From Patescibacteria group bacterium (GTDB lineage: Bacteria; Patescibacteriota; Minisyncoccia; Phycocordibacterales; UBA12445), in NCBI GenBank assembly GCA_003504275.1, contig DOAO01000009.1, forward strand, positions 24,405-88,404: 64,000 bases of DNA, in the 5' to 3' direction. Of this stretch, positions 56,978-64,000 are shown piece after piece. A model generated the notes under the pieces. That model made no database searches. It saw nothing but the letters and a program-made list of their open reading frames with translations, and had not been told where the DNA came from. The first letter of the stretch is position 1, and the number at the start of each line of letters is the position of its first letter. Both the position numbers and the translations under genes were made by a program.

Positions 56978-58279
56978 TTAGCAATTATTTCCAGCGACAT
57001 ATCCCGTTGTCCAGCAAAGTTGAAGACTGTATCCGCCTGAAGGACGGTCAATATTTAGAACGTCTCCGACAAGATAGATTTGAGGCACTATTCGCGACTG
57101 CATTGTTTTGAAATTAACTTGTTCTAGGCTAACACCACCGGAAGAAACTATGGCTTTTTCCTTACCAAGTAGCCCTGCGACGTGGAGCGGAATTGATTTA
57201 AATAAAGACACAAGTGATTTTCTTTGCTCTGAGCGCACACTATGATTTGGGGTCTCGCCGTCTATTTCAGCAATCATAAGTAGCGGTTCAACAAGACCAG
57301 ATGGAACTAAAGACGAAAGGGTATTTTTTATTTTCTTATTACTTTGTCCAATGAGTATAGCCTGTAATTTTTTCATAATGGCGCCACTATCCTCTGTTGG
57401 GAATAAATCGAGCATTAATACAACATTTTTAGCGCCAGGAAGAAGCTCTCCGACTTCCCTGCTCATATTAAGAACTGTTGGACCGCTAATACCGACGTGC
57501 GTAAAAAGAAGCTTACCCTTGTATGCCTTTTGCTTCACATTATCTCTGAACGAAGTTAGCTTGATGTTATCAAGGGCAATACCCGCTAAATCTTTTACCC
57601 AAGTATCCTTAAGGGCAATAGGTACGAGCGAAGCATCATCTTCTATTATTTTATGACCAAGTTTTTTGAGCCATTTGAAGCCTTCTCCTGTTGAACCAGT
57701 CTCAGGGTGAGACGTCCCGCCAAAAGCGACAACGCAGGATTTTGCTCTCACTTCCGACTTATCTGCGAAAGTTATGATAACCTGCTCAGTAGACTTATTT
57801 ATGGATATTCCGGCGACTTCGGCATTATTTAAGACATTCACATCCCCCTTCTTCATATATTTAACGAGTACATTTAATACTGACTTTGAATTATCTGAAA
57901 TGGGAAACATTCTTCCGCCTTCCTCCTCTTTTGTTTCCATCCCTCTATCATTAAAAAACTTTATCGTATCAGCTACGCCAAATTGAGAAAATGCCGAAAA
58001 AAGAAACTTGTCACTCTCTTTATATTTTGAAAGCATCGTACGGAGGTCATTTTTGTTGTTTGTAAAATTACACCTTCCTCCGCCGGAAATAAGAAGTTTC
58101 TTGCCAAGTGTTGGATTTTTTTCAAGTAACAAAACGCTTCGGCCACGCTCTGCCGCGCGTCCTGCGGCAGTCATCCCAGCGGGACCACCACCGATGACTA
58201 TAACATCCCAAATTCGATTCAGCAGAATCGTGTCGCGTAATTGTCCATTGAAACGCGACGCTTGTTCTATTTTTGACAT
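56978..58279 (-). CDS. HI0933-family flavoprotein (NAD(P)/FAD-dependent oxidoreductase, aminoacetone-oxidase-like)
   Basis: DVIVIGGGPAGM Rossmann motif and GGRCNFTN. The true start may lie downstream of the annotated ATG. Confidence 0.8.
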   Translation of the reverse strand: MSKIEQASRFNGQLRDTILLNRIWDVIVIGGGPAGMTAAGRAAERGRSVLLLEKNPTLGKKLLISGGGRCNFTNNKNDLRTMLSKYKESDKFLFSAFSQFGVADTIKFFNDRGMETKEEEGGRMFPISDNSKSVLNVLVKYMKKGDVNVLNNAEVAGISINKSTEQVIITFADKSEVRAKSCVVAFGGTSHPETGSTGEGFKWLKKLGHKIIEDDASLVPIALKDTWVKDLAGIALDNIKLTSFRDNVKQKAYKGKLLFTHVGISGPTVLNMSREVGELLPGAKNVVLMLDLFPTEDSGAIMKKLQAILIGQSNKKIKNTLSSLVPSGLVEPLLMIAEIDGETPNHSVRSEQRKSLVSLFKSIPLHVAGLLGKEKAIVSSGGVSLEQVNFKTMQSRIVPQIYLVGDVLNIDRPSGGYSLQLCWTTGYVAGNNC

Positions 58280-58282
58280 TTT

Positions 58283-59761
58283 TTATTTTTCCAAATCCAG
58301 CACCTCATCAATACGAACCTGCGACACAAAATCAGGAACGTGGCTCACAAGCATCATCGCACCCTGATATTCACTGAGCGCCTTTGCAATAACAGGCAAA
58401 TGTCTGAAGTTCATATGGTTTGTCGGCTCATCGAGAATGAGTAGTCCGGGCTTCAAAAGCACCAACCTCGCAAATGCTACAAGCCCTTTCTGTCCTTCAG
58501 ATAAACTGCCAATTTTAGTATTGAATATTTCTCCAGTAAGCAGAAAACCCGCAGCGGTACTGCGTAATTGTTCTTCAAATGGCCTCGGCATCGCTGTCGC
58601 AAGTTCTTCTCCTACCGTCTTATCAAAATCAAGGTTTGAGAAATCCTGGCGATAATATCCTATACGCAATCCTGGCGACAAAACGGCTCCCTTTGCCGTA
58701 CCGTTAGCGATAGATTCTAAAAGCGTACTTTTGCCGATACCATTTGGACCACTTAGAAGTAGATGCTGATTCTTTCTCAAGGAGGCATTCTTCCTTCTTT
58801 CTACCATTCCCTTCTTTTGCATAGACTTAAAAGAAGTAATTTTCAAAATCTCTCCGGAAAGATCTGTCTGTACGGGAATAGTAAATGCACGAATAGTTTT
58901 GTCTTCTCTCCTTACTGTAATTTTCTCTTCCTCAAGGTCTTCGGCAAGTAAACGCATTCTTTTTGCAACCATACGCATCTGTCCTCCTTTATTTGCGAAA
59001 AAGTTGGACTTATCTTTTTTCTCCTGAATCTCTTTTTCAAGCTGGGCATTCTTTCTGTTTTCTTTTTCTATTCTGGCTGTTATATCTGCAAGTACGTTGT
59101 TGTAGTTTCCCACATACTGCTCCACTTTCTTTGTATGCACATCAAGATAGAGCACTCCTTCGGTAAATGAATTTAAAAATTCGGCATCGTGAGAAATGAC
59201 AACACAAGTCTTTTTGTATTCAACCAAAAATTTTGTGAGATGAGTAATACCGCTCTTGTCGAGATTGTTTGTGGGCTCATCAAGAAGAAGGAGGTCGGGG
59301 TCTTGAATAAGAGCGAAGGCTAGGAGCAAACGTGCCTGTTGTCCGCCTGAAAATGTTTTTATTAATCTATCGTGATCTGCGACAAGATTCACTGCCTCCA
59401 ATACTGTATCTATTTTGGGATCAATATCGTAAACTTTTTTAGGAAAAGCGCTCTGAAAAAATTCTCTAACAGTAAATTCCATTTCGTCTCTAGGTATGAC
59501 CTGTCTAGCTGTTGCGATAGTAAGATCCTGTGAAATATTTATAATTCCCGAGTCGGGCTTTGATGCGCCTGTGATGAGTCCAAAAATTGTACTTTTACCG
59601 GCGCCATTCTGTCCCATGAAAGTTATCTTCGTACATCTGCGCACAGAAAAATCCACTTCATCAAGAAGTGGCTTTTTGATGCCAAAACCGAACGACACCT
59701 TCTCAAATCTTACTATTACGTCTCCTCTTTGCATCGGACAACCATACATCATTTTACACAA
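58283..59761 (-). CDS. ABC-F family ATPase (two tandem ABC domains, no TM domain)
   Basis: Two Walker A sites (GQNGAGKST, GPNGIGKST), two signature motifs (SGGQQ, SEGQK), and an inter-domain linker. Confidence 0.85.
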   Translation of the reverse strand: MCKMMYGCPMQRGDVIVRFEKVSFGFGIKKPLLDEVDFSVRRCTKITFMGQNGAGKSTIFGLITGASKPDSGIINISQDLTIATARQVIPRDEMEFTVREFFQSAFPKKVYDIDPKIDTVLEAVNLVADHDRLIKTFSGGQQARLLLAFALIQDPDLLLLDEPTNNLDKSGITHLTKFLVEYKKTCVVISHDAEFLNSFTEGVLYLDVHTKKVEQYVGNYNNVLADITARIEKENRKNAQLEKEIQEKKDKSNFFANKGGQMRMVAKRMRLLAEDLEEEKITVRREDKTIRAFTIPVQTDLSGEILKITSFKSMQKKGMVERRKNASLRKNQHLLLSGPNGIGKSTLLESIANGTAKGAVLSPGLRIGYYRQDFSNLDFDKTVGEELATAMPRPFEEQLRSTAAGFLLTGEIFNTKIGSLSEGQKGLVAFARLVLLKPGLLILDEPTNHMNFRHLPVIAKALSEYQGAMMLVSHVPDFVSQVRIDEVLDLEK

Positions 59762-59777
59762 AACGGCAAGTTTTAGA

Positions 59778-60032
59778 CTAATTTTTGCCTATCAAATCAA
59801 GCTTTTTTGCTCGAGTAAGGCGTTTAATGACTGCCTCACGACTCCTCGCCTCACCCAAAGTAGCAAAAGTCTCTGTATATCTGAGAACCACGGGTCGTCG
59901 TATTTTCGTATAATGAGCCCCGCTTTTAGCGTGATTGTGCTCGTGAAGCCTTTTTTCAATGTTGTTGGTGCTACCAACATAGAGTGTATTATCGGCACAT
60001 TCTAGAATGTATACAATCGGCTTCAAAATCAT
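59778..60032 (-). CDS. GIY-YIG nuclease-superfamily protein (UPF0213/YhbQ-like)
   Basis: VYILECADNTLYVGSTNNIEKRLHEH matches the GIY-YIG motif. Confidence 0.8.
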   Translation of the reverse strand: MILKPIVYILECADNTLYVGSTNNIEKRLHEHNHAKSGAHYTKIRRPVVLRYTETFATLGEARSREAVIKRLTRAKKLDLIGKN

Positions 60033-60067
60033 CTTTTTATTTTTCTCTATAATTAGGAAACTTGATG

Positions 60068-61027
60068 TTAATAATTAGGGCAAGTTCTACCGTCTTTTTT
60101 CAAAATGATAGGGAATTCTTTATGGGTTATCTTACCATCCGAAATATCCAAAAAGAGTGCGACCCCTTTCATTACTTCCGGATCCCAATATTGATCAAAA
60201 ATAAAATTACCGAGAGAATAATAAACTAAAGTTTTACCAATATATTCAGAAGGAAGAACGATGTGTGGGTGTGAGCCGACGACAGCATCTGCGCCGTTTT
60301 CAGCAAACAGTGTAGCGACACTGCGTAGTCTCGGGACAGAATCAACATATTCTTCTCCCCAGTGAGCATAAACAATAACGATATTCCCCTTCTTCTTCTC
60401 CTCAACAATCTTTAGCGCTACTTTTTTCGGAGACTGCCCACCAAACTCATTGTAAGAGATGAAAGAAATACCATCTTTTCTGTAAACAGGCTCGTCTGCA
60501 CCAAGTCCACCAAAATAACCAACCTTAGCTGTCTTTAAATACTCTTTTGTTGAGGCGACCCCCTCCATACCAAAATTACCGATATGATTATTGCCTAAAT
60601 TAACAAGACTTATATTGTGCTTTTTTAAAAGTTCCGCAGAGGTCGTCGGGAATGTAAATACGAAATTCGCAGGTGTACCCATAACTGTCCCCATACTTAT
60701 TGAGGCATTATCTGTAATAGGTCCCTCAAGGTTACCCACGACAAAGTCAGAAGACTTTAGTAGGTCATCAATGCAAGAAAAAATAAAATCTCCTCCTTTG
60801 TCATTACTAACCCGCCTAATATATCGGTCAAAAGAAATATCGCCCACAATTAATATTTTTGTAGATTTTTGGGCTGGTAGCACCTTAATTTCCGGCTTAG
60901 GTATCGTTTCGTTTACAACAACTTCCTTTTGAATATCTTGCGGTTTTTCGTTTTCGGGTAATTTTAAATTAAAAAATCCGGCGACAGCGGAAACAGCGAG
61001 AACAATAATTATATAAATACTTTTCAT
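60068..61027 (-). CDS. CapA family protein (metallophosphatase-like; poly-gamma-glutamate capsule synthesis family)
   Basis: N-terminal TM plus CapA/PGA_cap motifs (VGNLEGP, LVNLGNNH, VVGSHPH). Start at the ATG at 61027 (MKSIYII). Confidence 0.75.
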   Translation of the reverse strand: MKSIYIIIVLAVSAVAGFFNLKLPENEKPQDIQKEVVVNETIPKPEIKVLPAQKSTKILIVGDISFDRYIRRVSNDKGGDFIFSCIDDLLKSSDFVVGNLEGPITDNASISMGTVMGTPANFVFTFPTTSAELLKKHNISLVNLGNNHIGNFGMEGVASTKEYLKTAKVGYFGGLGADEPVYRKDGISFISYNEFGGQSPKKVALKIVEEKKKGNIVIVYAHWGEEYVDSVPRLRSVATLFAENGADAVVGSHPHIVLPSEYIGKTLVYYSLGNFIFDQYWDPEVMKGVALFLDISDGKITHKEFPIILKKDGRTCPNY

Positions 61028-61144
61028 AATTTTATCCCCTAAGTATACAGAAAAAACCGAATGGTGTTTAGTGAATTGTTTTTTAAAAAATAAAAAAGCG
61101 CCTGGGGTTACCAAGCGCCAAAAGCTTTATTACAAAGAAAGTGG

Positions 61145-61879
61145 TTATATCGCATCGGATAATAAGCTTAAGGTTTCTTTAGCTAATACATCTATATCTT
61201 TTCTGGATTGATTTACAGAAGCCTGAATCTCTTTTTTTATCTCGTTATCTTTTGTCATGTCTTTATATCGCACAGGACTAAAGACAGGATAAGATCCACC
61301 TGCTTTAACCACGCCCTGACCCTTACCCTCTCCATAAAGTTTTAGACCCATGGGTCCCACACTTCCCAGAAACACCTCTTGCCCTGGTTTTTTCTCAACA
61401 TCCTCCTTAGCTGTCTTTAAACCGGATGTTGTCGAAGATAGAACCGCTAAATCAAAATCAATTTTCAGATCCTCTAATATTTTTGTGAGTTTTTTAATAC
61501 TATCCCCCGAACAAATATATTCAGTTACCAATAATACATGTTTAGGATCAAACTCTTTCAGAAGATTACTAATAGCTTCAAAAACAATCCGGGTGTCATG
61601 TCTGCCACCTGATACAAAACGAATATCTGGTTTATTTTCTCCCCTTCTTATTTGTACCTCATCCATAACCTTTTTTAAGAAAAGGCTAACTAATCTAGCA
61701 CTAGCATCATCGCTCAATATTAAATCGTAACTTTTTTTAGACTCAACTATCTCCCTAGCTAGTTTTTGTAATTCAGGCGCAACTTCTGCAAGTCGTGTTA
61801 TGACAACGACGGGATTTTCTTGTTTTTCCTGTGGTTGTGGTTTTGGTGAATTTAATTTTGATTCTGGAAAATTTTCCAT
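61145..61879 (-). CDS. Hypothetical protein (possible PRTase-like fold)
   Basis: HVLLVTEYICSGDSI resembles a PRPP-binding loop; weak evidence. Confidence 0.35.
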   Translation of the reverse strand: MENFPESKLNSPKPQPQEKQENPVVVITRLAEVAPELQKLAREIVESKKSYDLILSDDASARLVSLFLKKVMDEVQIRRGENKPDIRFVSGGRHDTRIVFEAISNLLKEFDPKHVLLVTEYICSGDSIKKLTKILEDLKIDFDLAVLSSTTSGLKTAKEDVEKKPGQEVFLGSVGPMGLKLYGEGKGQGVVKAGGSYPVFSPVRYKDMTKDNEIKKEIQASVNQSRKDIDVLAKETLSLLSDAI

Positions 61880-62041
61880 AAATAATATTTTTATTATTAA
61901 CCCATTATACAAAAAGAGAAATTCATGTCTCTCCTTTAATGATATTACCACATTGTCTGGCTGTCTAGCATGAAATTAAAATCACAGTGGCTAAATAAAA
62001 AAGCGCCTGGGGTTACCAAGCGCTTAAAGAAACTAATATGA

Positions 62042-62800
62042 CTAATCATTTTTACGACGACGGAAAATTAAAGAGGTCTTACCATCCCACGGATCACCGG
62101 AACACGTATCAAGACACGGGCCCTCGTCTTCGTCATTACTCACAAAGAAAACTTCCGTGTATTTGTCATTAATAGAATCCATCGCGATGAGAAATTCACC
62201 GTCGCCTGCGTAAGCCTCACGTAAACGTGGGCCATCCTCAGGCTGACATTTATCATACCCCCTTGATGCAATAGCACTTAAAATTTCCTTAAAGGTAACC
62301 ATATCTTTACCCGTTAGTTCTTTTGCTGTCGCTAAAACAAGTTCAACTTCATCCTGAGTTTCGGAAATAGATTTTTTGAATTTGTCCTGCCCCATAACCT
62401 CCCGAGCGCAATTAATAACTTTTAAACCCTTCGATTTCAACGCTCTAAAAAAATCTTCTGTCTTTCGTCCGTCGCCTATTTTAATAATAGCAACAGTCGG
62501 ATAAATTGGGACCGAACCAAAGACTAAGAGGCGCCGTTTAAGTAGCTCAAGCGTCATAACACTATTACTCTTCAGGTATGAGAGCATTTCTCTTTCTTCT
62601 TTATTAGAATCCGAAAGTAGGAACGACGAATTTTTTGGAACTATTAAAGATGCTCCTTTGGGCACGGACAATTCGGTGTTATCTTCATCCTTTTGATTAT
62701 TAGACTTGATGGGTCTTGGGGTATATTTTTCAAATACAGACACGAGGTATATTATTACCAGCACCAACACAAAAATGTGTAAAAACAGTGAAAAATTCAT
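62042..62800 (-). CDS. Hypothetical protein with N-terminal TM/signal anchor
   Basis: Hydrophobic N-terminus, Cys-rich C-terminus; no domain recognised. Confidence 0.45.
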   Translation of the reverse strand: MNFSLFLHIFVLVLVIIYLVSVFEKYTPRPIKSNNQKDEDNTELSVPKGASLIVPKNSSFLLSDSNKEEREMLSYLKSNSVMTLELLKRRLLVFGSVPIYPTVAIIKIGDGRKTEDFFRALKSKGLKVINCAREVMGQDKFKKSISETQDEVELVLATAKELTGKDMVTFKEILSAIASRGYDKCQPEDGPRLREAYAGDGEFLIAMDSINDKYTEVFFVSNDEDEGPCLDTCSGDPWDGKTSLIFRRRKND

Positions 62801-63034
62801 TTACACTCCCCCTTTTTATTATTTATTTTTTCAAAGAAACTAATTTCTATCAACACAAACACTACCTTATGATAAGGCTCGTGTCAAGATAACGTTATGG
62901 TTCAATAGCCGAAAATCTATTTGGAGATTTAAAAACTATTAGTCGGTTTGACAAACCTTAAAATAAGTAGTAGTTTTCATAACTAGATAGTCAATTTTTA
63001 TATAGATTCTTTGAAAATTAGAGGAGGGATTATT

Positions 63035-64000
63035 ATGGGTTTTGGAACAAAAACATGGAGAGAGATCGAATTTAATGACAATCTTTTCAAAAGACAGAAG
63101 AAAAGAATTTTGGGTCTCACCTTTCCGGCAACTGATATAAATCTTGGACTGGAGCCATCTATACTCAACGTCTTGCCACCCGGTGACAACGTGGAATATA
63201 TAACCGACAATCGCCTATTCAATGACAGTGATGTTGAGTATTATGCATGTTCTGTGTATATCAGCGGATATGATGAATTTACCAAATGGGCAACACAACA
63301 CAATCCCAAAAAAATCATTGTTGGCGGATATCATCCGACAACATTTCCTGAGGAATTCGAAAGATATGCGCTAAAGATTGTTCAGGGACCATGCGATGAC
63401 TTCTACGCGACCATCTCGCAAGAAGGACAAGTTGTTCGTGGAATTATCTCTAACAAAAATCTTCCAAGAAGAGATCTTTATGACATTTATCGAAATCAAC
63501 AGATAATTCCCGACAAAATGCCCCAGGACACGGTCGTCTCAATTAATACATCAATTGGATGCAACATGAAGCCACCATGCGATTTCTGCTGTACGCCGAT
63601 GATGTGCGACAAATTACTTTCAAAACCGATAGAAATGGTTGAGAACGAGGCAAGGGATCTCCAGAAGTATTCTCCAAAATTTATATTCATTCGTGACGAA
63701 AATTTCACCATGCAAAAAGACTGGAAAAGTAGGCTGAGGATATTGCATGAAATATTGCCAGATACTCGAATCTATTTGTTCGCATCCGCCAACACTTTAA
63801 ACGAAGAGCGGATACGCTTCATGTCCACGCACGGCGTTTATATGGTGTGTCTAGGTATGGAGGATCCGACGGTCACCTACCAGAAGAACAGTATCTTGCC
63901 GAAAGTGATCGAATTACTAAAAAAGAATGATGTAAAAACATATCTTTCTTTTATTGTTAATCCGCTCAAGATAATCGGTAAAAAAGCAGGTGAAAATTTC
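63035..64000 (+). CDS. B12-binding-like / radical-SAM-like protein with noncanonical CX5CX2CC cluster; 3' end outside the window
   Basis: Own translation of an open frame after RBS AGAGGAGGG: MGFGTKTWREIEF...KKIIVGGYHPTTFPEEF...SINTSIGCNMKPPCDFCCTPMMC...IRDENF.... It is missing from the ORF track only because there is no stop codon within the window. Confidence 0.55.
   Translation, partial: MGFGTKTWREIEFNDNLFKRQKKRILGLTFPATDINLGLEPSILNVLPPGDNVEYITDNRLFNDSDVEYYACSVYISGYDEFTKWATQHNPKKIIVGGYHPTTFPEEFERYALKIVQGPCDDFYATISQEGQVVRGIISNKNLPRRDLYDIYRNQQIIPDKMPQDTVVSINTSIGCNMKPPCDFCCTPMMCDKLLSKPIEMVENEARDLQKYSPKFIFIRDENFTMQKDWKSRLRILHEILPDTRIYLFASANTLNEERIRFMSTHGVYMVCLGMEDPTVTYQKNSILPKVIELLKKNDVKTYLSFIVNPLKIIGKKAGENF

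Noticed and set aside
62998-63711. Minus-strand ORFs 62998..63222 and 63496..63711
   Set aside because: They overlap a much longer plus-strand open frame that has a strong RBS and a recognisable Cys-cluster/B12-like domain architecture; they have no RBS of their own.

Overview
AT-rich (~35% GC) bacterial chromosomal window with standard genetic code. Genes are densely packed, mostly on the minus strand, with GGAGG-type ribosome-binding sites and many recognisable hairpin-plus-T-tract terminators. Housekeeping content includes the dnaE C-terminus, thrS, dnaB, recR, rplU, rmuC, dut, rarA, asnS, mltG, truB, rlmB, mscL, a cold-shock protein and an ABC-F ATPase. There is a complete NAD-salvage regulon (pncB, pncA, nadE, a PnuC::NadR fusion, an NrtR-like Nudix regulator). 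The window also holds the PrkA-YhbH-SpoVR trio, an oleate hydratase, and a DNA-maintenance cluster (AlkD-like, Pif1-like helicase, DNPH1-like hydrolase, NPPY methyltransferase). Two tRNA genes, tRNA-Pro(CGG) and tRNA-Glu(CUC), are each preceded by degenerate duplicates of their own 5' halves. These duplicates break at the anticodon and carry members of a GC-rich palindromic mini-insertion family at the same D-loop position. The tRNA-Glu locus (about 14.08-14.90 kb) is a dense scar field of tRNA-derived fragments. It lies next to a three-cassette array (12.43-14.10 kb, including a SET-domain protein) in which every cassette has the same promoter block and the same 3' repeat starting with a tRNA-Glu att-like octamer. 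Other unexplained items are a ~100-bp element with terminal inverted repeats present in two copies with compensatory stem changes, duplicated identical terminators, a membrane-anchored ClpA/B-like ATPase with a degenerate first ATPase domain beside a HExxH protein and a zinc-ribbon mini-protein, and a radical-SAM-like gene with a noncanonical Cys motif at the window end. No rRNA genes, CRISPR array, integrase or transposase gene was recognised.
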